From: an uncultured Bacillota bacterium | Lineage (GTDB): Bacteria; Bacillota; DTU025; MWDF01 | DNA: 64,000 bases | Direction: 5' to 3' | NCBI GenBank assembly: GCA_963823655.1 | Contig: CAWGMK010000006.1 | Location: 192,001 to 256,000, forward strand | In this document: positions 21,003 through 31,198 of the stretch, in pieces | How the letters are laid out: every line of letters starts with the position of its first letter | How positions within the stretch are numbered: position 1 is the stretch's first letter | The notes under the pieces: generated by a model | The model's database searches: none | Told to the model about the DNA's origin: nothing | The model's input: the letters and a program-made list of their open reading frames with translations, nothing else | Translations under genes and position numbers: made by a program

Positions 21003-21753
21003 ATGGATAGTAGAGGCGGTACGAACAGCAGGAGAGTATTATCATGGATCGCGGCGGTGATCTTGATCGCAGCAGGCGCTGTTGCGATAGGATGGTTCGC
21101 CGGGGCCGCCCTTATAGATTTCTGGGCACCTGCCAGCGAGGATTACCCGATAGAAGAAGAGGGTACAGAGGGCACCGATCCTGATGCAGCAGCAGATGGA
21201 GAAACCGCTATTGATTTGGAAGTGCAGGATGATGCCGAACCCGCGTCGCAAGGCGCCGAGGGTTCCGGTGCAGAAGCAGACGCAACAGATGCGGGAACTT
21301 CGCCTTTCGCCAGCCCGCCGTGGGCGAACAATCTGGTAATCAAACCTCTGGACGAGGAGCCGGAAGCAGCCTCTGAAGTGGCTTCCGATCTGATCGATAT
21401 CGAGGTTTCGACAGACGAACAAACGGCAGATACAGCTGCAGTAGTTGACCTCCCGCAGGCAGATCAGGCAGCAGCTGCCGACCAAGTGCCGTCAGTGCCG
21501 GCTTCCTACGGCGGGGACAGCCGCTGAGCAGCAAAGCGCATCGCCGCTTTATAAAGTAAGGGTCGGCCCGTATCCCAATAAAGAAGAGGCAACCGCAGCC
21601 GCAGCGAAACTGACTGAGCTGCAATATCCGACAATTGTGATTTCAAGCGGGCCTTTCTATGTGCAAATCGGCGCATTTACAGTCTGGGCCAATGCCGAAA
21701 ATCTCCTGAAAAAGGTTCAGGCCTCCGGTTTTACGGCTGCTATAGTCAATTAG
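21003..21753 (+). CDS. Membrane-anchored SPOR-domain protein with acidic linker (frameshift near 21500)
   Basis: N-terminal TM helix, D/E/A-rich linker, YKVRVGPY..YVQIGAF..NAE repeats in ORF 21445-21753. Confidence 0.75.
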
Positions 21754-21767
21754 GCAGGGAGGCGGCA

Positions 21768-22136
21768 ATGAAGATAGACGAGGTGGCCTCGCTACTTGAG
21801 GCAGAGGTAATGGCCTGTGGGATGGATTCGCTCTCCGAAGAGGCGGATTTCGCCTTCGCGGCCGATCTTCTCAGCGATGTCCTTGCCTTCGGAAGGCCGG
21901 GTTATCTTCTGCTGACCGGCCTTATGGGAGGGCAGCTGATCAGGACTGCCGAGATTTCGGGCGTTGCGGCGATAATTTTCGTAAGGGGCAAAAGGCCAAC
22001 CCACGATATGACAGAGCTTGCGACAAAGACAGGAATGCCTTTGCTTACTACCAGGATGACGATGTACGAGGCCTGCGGAAAGCTCTATGAGGCAGGGGTC
22101 AGCCCCGCCGACTGCACTTCGGTAAGGGGGTCGTAA
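21768..22136 (+). CDS. DRTGG-domain protein
   Basis: AADLLSDVLAF..LLLTGL..RTAE..IIFVRGK..MYEACGKLY pattern; RBS GGGAGG. Confidence 0.75.
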   Translation: MKIDEVASLLEAEVMACGMDSLSEEADFAFAADLLSDVLAFGRPGYLLLTGLMGGQLIRTAEISGVAAIIFVRGKRPTHDMTELATKTGMPLLTTRMTMYEACGKLYEAGVSPADCTSVRGS

Positions 22137-22137
22137 T

Positions 22138-22572
22138 ATGTCTTCTGCCGACAACACAAAGCTGCATTTTGAGATCATCTCCCGCGATTTTCTAAGGGCG
22201 GGGGATGCGGCGTCGACCATCAAGCGCTACCTGAGCCAGAACGGCTTCGATCCCGAGCTGGTCAGAAGGGCGGCTGTGGCGGCATACGAGGCCGAGATGA
22301 ACATAGTCATCCACTCCCTTGGAGGTATGCTCACAGCGCAGGTTGAACCAGACCTGATTCTGATAACAGCTGTAGATGTAGGGCCCGGGATACCCGACAT
22401 ACCGTTGGCAATGACCGAGGGCTGGTCGACTGCGGACGAAGAGGCGAGGCGGATGGGCTTCGGAGCAGGCATGGGACTGCCGAATATGCAGAAGTGCTCA
22501 GACAAGTTCGAGATCACTTCAAGCCCCGGTACAGGCACGATGGTGAGGATGACCTTGAACAGGCACAAGTAG
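22138..22572 (+). CDS. RsbT-like anti-sigma regulatory factor / Ser-Thr kinase (HATPase_c)
   Basis: YEAEMNIVIH, DVGPGIPDI..AMTEGWST, GFGAGMGLPN. Confidence 0.8.
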   Translation: MSSADNTKLHFEIISRDFLRAGDAASTIKRYLSQNGFDPELVRRAAVAAYEAEMNIVIHSLGGMLTAQVEPDLILITAVDVGPGIPDIPLAMTEGWSTADEEARRMGFGAGMGLPNMQKCSDKFEITSSPGTGTMVRMTLNRHK

Positions 22573-22606
22573 TGTATTTTTAAAGATACAATCGATATTT
22601 AACCTG

Positions 22607-22645
22607 TTGAGGGTGGGGGAAAGGGCCTTACCCTCAATTTTCTTT
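22607..22645 (+). terminator. Terminator closing the valS..kinase unit
   Basis: TTGAGGGT..ACCCTCAA followed by TTTTCTTT. Confidence 0.7.
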
Positions 22646-22731
22646 GCTTTAGCAGGCAATTCATGCTCATAGGTGTGTCCCCTCCCCCTTATGCGCCGAT
22701 TATGCGGATATTCAGGCGAAAGTGAAGAACT

Positions 22732-22753
22732 TTGTGAAAAGTTGTTGTATAAT
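22732..22753 (+). promoter_or_regulatory. -10 box of the redox operon with an upstream Rex-box half-site
   Basis: TTGTGAA at 22732-22738, TATAAT at 22748-22753; no clear -35 and no second half-site. Confidence 0.4.
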
Positions 22754-22824
22754 TCATATTGGATTTGGGCGCACTTGCGGACAATAAGCCGTTGAAGTGC
22801 AAGAATAGTGAACGGAGAGGTAAG

Positions 22825-23280
22825 ATGCAGCAGACCGGAAAGGTTTTGGCCGTAGAGAAGGGTTGGGCGGTCCTGGAGATAATCAGGCCCCATGCATGCG
22901 CAGGTTGCGGCATGTGCAAGCCTTCAGATAACGCCAAAAAAGTTAAAGCAATCTGCGAAATTGACGTAACACCGGGAGATTTCGTGACCGTTGAGATAAA
23001 AGACGGAGACCTCGTCAAGGTTGCCGGCATAGCATACGGGGTTCCTCTATTGGGTTTCCTTGCAGGCATGATCGCCGGGAACGGTGTCGCGAAGTATTTC
23101 AAGATGGCTGACAAGGCGAACGGTTTCGCCGCTATAGGAGGCTTCCTGTTCCTTGCTCTGGCATATTTCGCTGTTAGGAAATATGACATGGGCCTGGATA
23201 AGAGGAAGTACTGTCCGACGGTTTCAGGTAAAGCAGATCCCGGGGAAGATTCGTGCCCGGGCAGGGGCAATGCCTCTTGA
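22825..23280 (+). CDS. RseC/MucC-family membrane protein
   Basis: MQQTGKV start, CAGCGMC, GDFVTV, AYGVPL then two TM helices. Confidence 0.8.
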   Translation: MQQTGKVLAVEKGWAVLEIIRPHACAGCGMCKPSDNAKKVKAICEIDVTPGDFVTVEIKDGDLVKVAGIAYGVPLLGFLAGMIAGNGVAKYFKMADKANGFAAIGGFLFLALAYFAVRKYDMGLDKRKYCPTVSGKADPGEDSCPGRGNAS

Positions 23281-23304
23281 TTCTAAAAACAGGGGGGTTA
23301 AAGC

Positions 23305-23952
23305 ATGAGCGAGCAGAAAGTACCTGATGTAGTAATCAGAAGGCTTCCTATGTACCTTAGGGCTTTGGACAACCTGGAAAGCGCCGGCTTGACCATCGTC
23401 TCATCAAAGGAGATGGGTGATGTAACGGGCATCTCTCCTACTCAGGTTCGTAAGGACCTGACAATATTCGGAGGCTTCGGCAAGCAGGGGGTAGGCTACA
23501 AGATCAGCACCCTGAAGAAACAGCTCATGACCATCCTGAAGCTCGACAAGGACGTTAAGATCGCGATAATCGGGCTCGGCAGGATGGGCAAGGCGATCAT
23601 TCATTACAATGCATACAGGCGCGGCACGGGGCAGAGGACCAGCGGCTCTGAGAAGCTCGTGATAGAGGCCGGATTCGATGTCGATGAGGCCGTACTCAAG
23701 GAAGGCCCGTTCGATACTGTGCCCGCATACAATATAAGCATGCTCAAGGACGTAATTGCGCAGAATGAGATTAAGATCGCAGTCCTTACTGTACCTGCGG
23801 AATCGGCCCAGAAGGTGGCGGACATCTGTGTACAAGCGGGCATAAAGGCGATACTCAACTTCACTCCCGCGACGCTTTCTGTGCCCGAGCATGTGAAAGT
23901 AAGCAATGCCGATGTGACGGTATCGCTCCAGAGCCTTTCATTCTACGCTTGA
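23305..23952 (+). CDS. rex: Redox-sensing transcriptional repressor Rex
   Basis: IRRLPMYLR, SSKEM, QVRKDL..FGGFGKQGVGY, GxGxxGxA Rossmann fold, GIKAILNFTP. Confidence 0.93.
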   Translation: MSEQKVPDVVIRRLPMYLRALDNLESAGLTIVSSKEMGDVTGISPTQVRKDLTIFGGFGKQGVGYKISTLKKQLMTILKLDKDVKIAIIGLGRMGKAIIHYNAYRRGTGQRTSGSEKLVIEAGFDVDEAVLKEGPFDTVPAYNISMLKDVIAQNEIKIAVLTVPAESAQKVADICVQAGIKAILNFTPATLSVPEHVKVSNADVTVSLQSLSFYA

Positions 23953-23986
23953 TCTCTAACCTATCGAATCAAGGAGGTAAATCCCT

Positions 23987-24904
23987 ATGTCCGGCAAGGC
24001 ATCGATTTTTACGCGCGGCAAGGTCCAGGGAATAATCCTTCTGGTGCTGATAATCGTCATCGGGGCGACTATCGCAGCAGCAAGCTACACCGAGACTGAC
24101 AAGTATTGCAGTTCCTGCCATTCAATGAAGCCCCTGGCCGATACATGGTCTGAAAGCAACCATGCACAGGTTGGATGCGCCGAATGCCATATGAAGCCCG
24201 GTTTCACGGGCTGGTTTGAGAACCGCTTCGCCATAGCCCGTATGAGGGGCGTAGAGAAGAAGGGCGGAACCACAAGTTTCGCCGAAATGCAGATAGAGGA
24301 CCAGTTCTGCGTGCGCTGCCATGCCAATGCGAGCACTTCCAAAGGATCGGAAGAGGTGGCGGCTCCGCACACCATACATGTTGGCGGAATGGGCATCGCC
24401 TGCTATGAGTGCCACGAGGGCCAGGTTCACGGGCTGGATGGCAACATGCCAGAGGGTATAAGCCATGACAAGTGCAACACCTGCCATTACGACTGGTTCG
24501 CAGAAGGCACCGCCGACTGCGCCAAGTGCCACATAAAAGCCGACATCGAAGCCACCGACAAGCTTATTATCCCTCACGAGACCCACAACTTCTTCGGGTG
24601 CGAATCCTGCCATGTCGAGTACGTGATAGGCGCTGAGGGCGAGCTGGGGCATCCGACCTGCACGCAATGCCATGAGGATTGGTTCAATGCGGCGGCCCCA
24701 AGCTGCGGAAGCTGCCATATCAATTTGGAGTTCACAGAGACCGAGGAATATACAATCCCCCATGGCGCACACATCGGCTTCGGGTGCGAGACCTGCCACA
24801 GCGACCAGGTTACACCCGCAGGAGAGGGCCTGAGCCATGCATCCTGCGAAGGCTGCCACGGCGACTGGTTCGAAGAAGAGTGCACCAAGTGCCATAAGTG
24901 GTAG
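23987..24904 (+). CDS. Membrane-anchored dodecaheme c-type cytochrome (NapC/NirT-like head plus three tri-heme repeats)
   Basis: 12 CxxCH motifs in 305 aa; N-terminal TM helix; CSSCHSM; RBS AAGGAGG. Confidence 0.92.
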   Translation: MSGKASIFTRGKVQGIILLVLIIVIGATIAAASYTETDKYCSSCHSMKPLADTWSESNHAQVGCAECHMKPGFTGWFENRFAIARMRGVEKKGGTTSFAEMQIEDQFCVRCHANASTSKGSEEVAAPHTIHVGGMGIACYECHEGQVHGLDGNMPEGISHDKCNTCHYDWFAEGTADCAKCHIKADIEATDKLIIPHETHNFFGCESCHVEYVIGAEGELGHPTCTQCHEDWFNAAAPSCGSCHINLEFTETEEYTIPHGAHIGFGCETCHSDQVTPAGEGLSHASCEGCHGDWFEEECTKCHKW

Positions 24905-24918
24905 GAAGGCGGGAAAGT

Positions 24919-25761
24919 ATGCACAAGATCCTTGAGAAAAGGCCTCTGGCCCAATCTGTCTACATGTTCGTGCTGGAAGCCCCGCTGGTGGCAAGGGCCG
25001 CCAAACCGGGCAACTTCGTTATGGTAAGGGCTGATGAGGCCGGCGAGAGGATACCTCTTACCATCGTAGATAACGACCCTGCAAAAGGGACGATAACCAT
25101 CGTAGTCCAGGAAATCGGCGCATCAACCATGAAGATGTGCGCATTTCCGGAAGGCGCATCATTCTCGGATGTTTTGGGCCCCTGCGGCACGCCCACCAAG
25201 ATCGAGAAGGTCGGCACCGTCATTGCCGTTGCAGGGGGCATCGGGATAGCACCCCTCATCCCGCAGATAAGGGAACACATGAGAGTAGGCAACAAGGTAG
25301 TAACAATCCTCGGCGCAAGGACTGAGGACCTCTATGTGCTAAGGGATACGGCGACTATGGTTTCAAGCGAGATGATACTTTGCACAGATGACGGAAGCTG
25401 CGGCTTCCACGGTTTCGTTACGCAGGCCCTTGAAGAGTATATAAAGGCGGGCAAGCCTGCGGATGAGGTTGTGGCGATAGGTCCGGTCAGGATGATGAAG
25501 GCCTGCGCCGATGTGACAAGGAAGTATGGAATCAAGACGACGGTCAGCCTCAACGCCACCATGCTTGACGGCACCGGAATGTGCGGCTGCTGCAGGGTCA
25601 GCATCGACGGCGTGACGAAGTTCTCGTGCGTTGACGGGCCCGAGTTCGATGCCCACAAAGTGGATTTCGACGAGCTGATAAAAAGGCAGACTTTCTTCCG
25701 CGAAGAGGAGAAGCTCGCAGTTGAAAAGCACAGGGCGGGGGAGGGCTGCAAATGCCAGTAA
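24919..25761 (+). CDS. nfnA: Electron-bifurcating transhydrogenase small subunit NfnA (SudB/PyrK-like)
   Basis: PGNFVMV..GERIPLTI, GGIGIAP, TDDGS, IGPVRMM, MLDGTGMCGCCRV..CVDGPEFD. Confidence 0.9.
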   Translation: MHKILEKRPLAQSVYMFVLEAPLVARAAKPGNFVMVRADEAGERIPLTIVDNDPAKGTITIVVQEIGASTMKMCAFPEGASFSDVLGPCGTPTKIEKVGTVIAVAGGIGIAPLIPQIREHMRVGNKVVTILGARTEDLYVLRDTATMVSSEMILCTDDGSCGFHGFVTQALEEYIKAGKPADEVVAIGPVRMMKACADVTRKYGIKTTVSLNATMLDGTGMCGCCRVSIDGVTKFSCVDGPEFDAHKVDFDELIKRQTFFREEEKLAVEKHRAGEGCKCQ

Positions 25762-27155
25762 AGGATCTTTTCGCGCGGCCTGAGATGCCCAAACAGGACC
25801 CGGGCGTGCGCAGTACGAATTTCAATGAAGTGGCCCTGGGCCTGGCCGAAGAAACCGCAATGCTTGAAGCCCAGAGGTGCATACAGTGCAAGAACAAGCC
25901 TTGCGTTGCCGGCTGCCCCGTCGAAGTGCCAATACCGGAATTCCTGGCCCTTTCGGCCCAGGGCAAGTTCACCGAAGCTTCTTTGAAAATCAAGGAGAAG
26001 AACAGCCTTCCTGCGGTATGCGGCAGGGTGTGCCCTCAGGAGAGCCAGTGCGAACAGGTATGCACGCTCGCCAAGAAGTTCAAGCCTGTGGCGATAGGCA
26101 TGATGGAGCGTTTCGTTTCCGACTATGAAAGGGCTAATTCCTCTGAGGATACGAAGAGAAGGACCAAGGATGGCGCAAAGAAAGTCGCAGTCATCGGATC
26201 CGGCCCGTCGGGGCTCACCTGCGCCGCGGACCTTGCGCTGATGGGCTATAACGTTGACATCTACGAGTCTTTGCACGAGACAGGTGGCGTCTTGAGGTAC
26301 GGCATCCCTGAGTTCAGGCTTCCCAAGGACATCGTCGACAAGGAAGTGCAGTACGTAAGGGAGCTTGGCGTAAGGATCATCACCAATGCCGTGATCGGCA
26401 TGAGCCTGACTTTAGAGGAGCTTCTGAGCACAGAGGGCTACAGCGCCGTCTTCATAGGCACGGGCGCAGGCCTTCCTTATTTCCTCGGCATACCGGGCGA
26501 GAACCTCAACGGCGTATATTCTGCCAATGAGTTTCTCACCAGGGTGAACCTTATGAAAGCCTACAAATTCCCCTGCTACGGGACGCCTGTGAAGATTGGC
26601 GAGAAGGTAGCGGTAGTCGGAGCGGGCAATGTGGCGATGGACTCGGCGAGGACCGCGCTCAGGCTGGGTGCCAAGGAAGTAAGCATAGTATACAGGAGGT
26701 CCCGCCAGGAGATGCCGGCGAGGATCGAGGAGATCGAAAACGCCGAGGAAGAGGGAGTCAAGCTTAACCTACTGACGAACCCGCTGGAGATCGTCGGCGA
26801 CTCTAATGGCGCAGTAATGAAGATGATCTGCCAGAGGATGGAGCTTGGTGAACCGGATGCCTCCGGGAGGCGCAGACCGGTTCCTGTGGCAGGCTCTGAG
26901 TTCGATGTTGAAGCACAGACGGTCGTTGTGGCGATAGGACAGGGGCCCAACCCCGTTCTGACGAGGAACACCAAGGGACTTGAGCTGAATAAGTATGGCA
27001 ATATTGTGTCAAGGGACGAGTATGGTCAGACCAGCATGCCCGGTGTATTCGCCGGTGGCGACATAGTCACGGGCGCGGCTACAGTCATAGCCGCCATGGG
27101 AGCAGGCAAGTTAGCAGCCAAAGGTATAGATATCTACATTAAATCGAAAGTATAA
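25752..27155 (+). CDS. nfnB: Transhydrogenase large subunit NfnB (GltD/SudA-like)
   Basis: [56 protein letters not shown]; overlaps nfnA; no gltB nearby. Confidence 0.88.
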   Translation: MPVKDLFARPEMPKQDPGVRSTNFNEVALGLAEETAMLEAQRCIQCKNKPCVAGCPVEVPIPEFLALSAQGKFTEASLKIKEKNSLPAVCGRVCPQESQCEQVCTLAKKFKPVAIGMMERFVSDYERANSSEDTKRRTKDGAKKVAVIGSGPSGLTCAADLALMGYNVDIYESLHETGGVLRYGIPEFRLPKDIVDKEVQYVRELGVRIITNAVIGMSLTLEELLSTEGYSAVFIGTGAGLPYFLGIPGENLNGVYSANEFLTRVNLMKAYKFPCYGTPVKIGEKVAVVGAGNVAMDSARTALRLGAKEVSIVYRRSRQEMPARIEEIENAEEEGVKLNLLTNPLEIVGDSNGAVMKMICQRMELGEPDASGRRRPVPVAGSEFDVEAQTVVVAIGQGPNPVLTRNTKGLELNKYGNIVSRDEYGQTSMPGVFAGGDIVTGAATVIAAMGAGKLAAKGIDIYIKSKV

Positions 27156-27169
27156 GTGGAGGTGCCAAG

Positions 27170-28849
27170 ATGCCCATACCAAGCGACATCCAGATAGCAC
27201 AGGCAACAGAGTTGAGACCGATATCGGAAGTGGCGGCAAGCATCGGCCTTTCCGAGGAAGACCTCGAGCATTACGGCAAATACAAGGCAAAGCTCCCCTT
27301 AAGCCTGCTTGAAAGGCTCAAGGACAGGAAAGACGGCAAGCTGATCTACACAACTGCAATCACCGCGACGCCAGCTGGCGAGGGTAAGACCTGCACCGCG
27401 ATAGGCGTGACCCAGGCGCTGGGCAAGCTCGGCAAGAAAGTGGCCGTAGCCCTCAGGGAACCTTCCCTGGGCCCTGTTTTCGGAGTAAAAGGCGGAGCCA
27501 CCGGCGGGGGCTACTCCCAGGTCCTTCCGATGGAGGACATCAACCTCCACTTCACAGGCGATATTCACGCCGTCACAACGGCGCATAACCTGATGGTAGC
27601 GCTTCTGGACAACCATATTTTCCAGGGCAACGTCCTTAACATCGACCCGAGAAGGGTTACCGTTAAGCGCGTTATGGACATGAATGACAGGCAGCTGAGG
27701 AACATCGTATGCGGGCTTGGCGGCACAAACAACGGAGTGCCCAGGGAGAGCGGCTTCGATATCAGCGTCGCATCAGAAGTGATGGCGATACTTTGCCTGG
27801 CATCGGGCACCGAGGACCTGAAGGCCAGATTGGGAAGGATAATCGTCGCTTATACCCACGACAGGAAGCCTGTGACTGCAGCCGACATCAAAGCAGTAGG
27901 CTCCATGGCAGTGCTGCTCAAGGACGCCATTAAACCGAACCTTGTACAGACAGTCGAAGGGCAGCCCGCGCTGATACACGGCGGCCCGTTCGCCAATATC
28001 GCCCACGGCAACAACTCGATAATCGCAACCCGGCTGGCTCTTAAGTTAGCCGACTATGTAGTAACCGAGGGCGGCTTCGCTTCAGACCTGGGAGCGGAGA
28101 AGTTCTTCGACATAGTACACAGGCAGACCGGCCTCAAGCCGGACGTGGCAGTCCTGGTGGCATCGGTAAGGGCCTTGAACATGCACGGCGGAGTAGCGAA
28201 GGACAAGGTCTCGGAGACCAACCTCGAAGCGCTTGCCAAAGGCTGCGAGAACCTGGAAGCCCACATCGACAACCTGAAGAACAACTTCGGCCTTCCTGTG
28301 GTAGTCGCGATAAACAGGTTCCCGTCCGACAGCCCGGAGGAGCTGGAGCTTGTTAAGGACCGCTGCGAGAAGCGCGGCGTCCGTTACGCGGTTTCCGAAG
28401 TCGTCGCCAAGGGCGGAGATGGCGGCGCAGAGCTTGCAAAGCAGGTCCTGGAAGCGCTCGAGAACGACAAGAACGACTTCAGGATGCTGTACAGCCTCGA
28501 TATACCGGCTGAGGAGAAGATAAAGAAGCTGGCCAAGGAAGTATATGGCGCTGACGATGTGATATTCTCCGAGTCCGCCAAGAATATGCTCGGTACAGTC
28601 AGGAAGATCGGCTATGGCAATCTGCCCATATGCATGGCGAAGACGCAGCATTCCCTCTCGGACAACCCTGATATGAAGGGAAGGCCCAGAGGATGGAAGC
28701 TGAGCGTAAGGGAAATCAGGATATCGGCTGGCGCTGGCTTCATAGTTGCGATAACAGGCGAAGTAATGACCATGCCTGGGCTTCCGAAGGTGCCCGCTGC
28801 GGACAGCATCGATATTCTTGAGGATGGCACTATACTAAATCTGTTCTAA
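27170..28849 (+). CDS. fhs: Formate-tetrahydrofolate ligase
   Basis: [59 protein letters not shown]. Confidence 0.97.
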   Translation: MPIPSDIQIAQATELRPISEVAASIGLSEEDLEHYGKYKAKLPLSLLERLKDRKDGKLIYTTAITATPAGEGKTCTAIGVTQALGKLGKKVAVALREPSLGPVFGVKGGATGGGYSQVLPMEDINLHFTGDIHAVTTAHNLMVALLDNHIFQGNVLNIDPRRVTVKRVMDMNDRQLRNIVCGLGGTNNGVPRESGFDISVASEVMAILCLASGTEDLKARLGRIIVAYTHDRKPVTAADIKAVGSMAVLLKDAIKPNLVQTVEGQPALIHGGPFANIAHGNNSIIATRLALKLADYVVTEGGFASDLGAEKFFDIVHRQTGLKPDVAVLVASVRALNMHGGVAKDKVSETNLEALAKGCENLEAHIDNLKNNFGLPVVVAINRFPSDSPEELELVKDRCEKRGVRYAVSEVVAKGGDGGAELAKQVLEALENDKNDFRMLYSLDIPAEEKIKKLAKEVYGADDVIFSESAKNMLGTVRKIGYGNLPICMAKTQHSLSDNPDMKGRPRGWKLSVREIRISAGAGFIVAITGEVMTMPGLPKVPAADSIDILEDGTILNLF

Positions 28850-28895
28850 GTAGTTAAATAGATAGGGTTTCCAAATCGTCTAAGGAGTGAGATAG

Positions 28896-30212
28896 ATGGC
28901 TGTGAGGACATTCATCGGTGGAATCCACCCGGTATCGTGCAAATTCACCGGGGATTTGCCGATAGTAGCCGGCAAGCTGCCAGCTAAGCTGACGGTGCCG
29001 GTCGGTCCCTCTTGGGTCGGCTACACCGTTCTGGCGCCCAGGGGCACCGAAGTAAAAGTGGGCCAGAAGCTAGCCGACAATGAGGGCTTTATGTGCGTTC
29101 CTACGCACTCCCCCGTATCAGGGAAAGTGGTTGACGTAAAACCTTACAGGGGGCCCAACGGCCTCGAGTACCTCGGGATCACGATCGAAACTGACGGCAG
29201 GCAGGACATACACGAGAGCGTGCAGCCCCTGCCAGCTTTGGAGACGATGAGCCCCGAGGACATCAGGAAGGCCATTAGGGAGGCCGGCATGCTGGGACAG
29301 GGCGGGGCTGAGTTCCCGACACACGTCAAGCTATCTCTCCCCCAGGGCTGCAAAGTGGACACTTTGGTTGTAAATGGCGGTGAATGCGAACCGTACCTGA
29401 CAGCCGACCACAGGATTATGCTAGAGCACGCGGAGAAAGTCGTTCACGGGACTTCCATCCTGATGAGGAGCATCGGCGTAGACCGGGCGATCATCGGCGT
29501 AGAGGACAACAAGATGGATGCCGTGATGGCATTGAACAGCGCAGCGCTTTCCTATAAGGGAATAGAGATTGCGGCGTGCAAGGCAAATTATCCGCAAGGA
29601 TATGAGAAGTCGATGATCAAAGCGACGCTAGGGCGCGAAGTGCCCCCAGGCGGGCTGCCTAGGGATGTCGGCGTGGTAGTCGTCAATGTCGGCACCGCCG
29701 CATCAATATCCGAGAGATTCCGCACAGGCATGCCCCTTATAAAAAGGATTGTGACCGTAGGCGGCTCAGCCGTGCAGAATCCGTCGAACATCGAAGCCCT
29801 TATCGGGACCTACGCCCAGGACCTTGTGGAACAGTGCGGCGGCACTAAAGGCGAGGTGGGGAAGGTCATCTTCGGCGGCCCCATGATGGGAGTCGCCGCA
29901 TCAGGCCTTAACTTCCCGGTCTCGAAGGGAACGTCCGGGATAATCCTGTTCGACCGCAAGGAGACGCTCTTCTGGAAAGAGATGCCTTGCATAAGATGCG
30001 GCAGGTGCAATGAAGTCTGCCCGATGTTCATTGAGCCTTCTGAGATACACAAGTACGCCCTTGCAGGCGATATGCAAAGGGCTGAAAAGCTAAACGCCGT
30101 AGATTGCATGGAGTGCGGGAGCTGTTCATACGTGTGCCCGTCAAAGAGGCCTATAGTGCAGTCTATCAAGCTGGCCAAGCAGTACGTGCAGGCCAAGCGC
30201 GGCAAGAAGTGA
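28896..30212 (+). CDS. rnfC: Rnf complex subunit C
   Basis: GGIHP, HSPVSGKV, GGAEFPTHVKL, ECEPYLTADHR, GGPMMG, CIRCGRC..CP and CMECGSC..CP. Confidence 0.93.
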   Translation: MAVRTFIGGIHPVSCKFTGDLPIVAGKLPAKLTVPVGPSWVGYTVLAPRGTEVKVGQKLADNEGFMCVPTHSPVSGKVVDVKPYRGPNGLEYLGITIETDGRQDIHESVQPLPALETMSPEDIRKAIREAGMLGQGGAEFPTHVKLSLPQGCKVDTLVVNGGECEPYLTADHRIMLEHAEKVVHGTSILMRSIGVDRAIIGVEDNKMDAVMALNSAALSYKGIEIAACKANYPQGYEKSMIKATLGREVPPGGLPRDVGVVVVNVGTAASISERFRTGMPLIKRIVTVGGSAVQNPSNIEALIGTYAQDLVEQCGGTKGEVGKVIFGGPMMGVAASGLNFPVSKGTSGIILFDRKETLFWKEMPCIRCGRCNEVCPMFIEPSEIHKYALAGDMQRAEKLNAVDCMECGSCSYVCPSKRPIVQSIKLAKQYVQAKRGKK

Positions 30213-30225
30213 CGGGGTGATGGAC

Positions 30226-31198
30226 ATGTCAGATAACGGCCTAATAATCACTGCGGCTCCGCACATAAGAGAAAGGGTGGCGACACCCAGAATCATGAGG
30301 GCGGTATTCGCGGCCCTAGTGCCGGCTCCGCCTGCGGAATATATTTCTTCGGGCCCTGGGCTGCGATCAATATCGTAGTCGGCGTGGCGTCTGCAGTCAT
30401 CTTGGAGTACCTGATACAGAAGATATGGAAGCTCGAGATAACCATTAGCGACGGTTCGGCTGCCCTTGACAGGGCTTTTCATAGCGATGAGTCATGCCTC
30501 CGGCAGTAGAACCATGGGTGACCGCACTTGCGTGCCTTATAGCCATAGGGCCCGGCAAAATGGTGTTCGGCGGCTGGGCTTCAACATATTCAATCCCGCG
30601 CTAATCGGAAGGACCTTTGCGGCGCTCGCTTGGCCTGGCGGTCGTAGGCGCAGGTTATGTGGCGCCCGGCGGCATAGAGGCCTGGATAGCGAGGTTTCGA
30701 CGTAGTTTCGACAGCGACTCCGCTCACACTGCTGAAGACGGAGAGATCGGAGGCACAACGCTTTCAAAGTACTATTGCCCGCTCTTCTTTGGCAATGTTG
30801 CAGGGTCGCTCGGGGAGACTTCGGCGGTTGCGCTTCTTATCGGGGCGCTATTCCTGCTCTTTGCAGGCATCATTACACTGAGGATACCGCTGGTCTACAT
30901 ATTGACTACAGTAGGCCTTGCCATGGCTTTCAATCAGGATCCGATCTTCCATCTGCTGTCGGGAGGCCTGATTCTTGGAGCATTCTTCATGGCCACAGAC
31001 TATGTGACAAGCCCGATAAAGCCTACCGCGCAGATAGTATATGCGGTGGGGTTAGGGGTATTCACGTTCCTTATAAGGATGTTCGGCAGCTATCCTGAGG
31101 GCGTGGCGTTCTCGATACTTCTTATGAACTGCTTCGTGCCGCTCATTGAGAGGTTCGGCAAGCCGAGGCGTTTCGGGGAGGTGCGCAACCATGCGTGA
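30226..31198 (+). CDS. rnfD: Rnf complex subunit D (several frameshifts between 30330 and 30760)
   Basis: APHIR, FGGxGFNIFNPALIGR, STATPL flavinylation site, GSLGETS, GAFFMATDYVTSP, YPEGVAFSILLMN. Confidence 0.9.

Noticed and set aside
25752-27155. Glutamate synthase small subunit
   Set aside because: No gltB present and it is coupled to a PyrK-like gene, which fits NfnAB better
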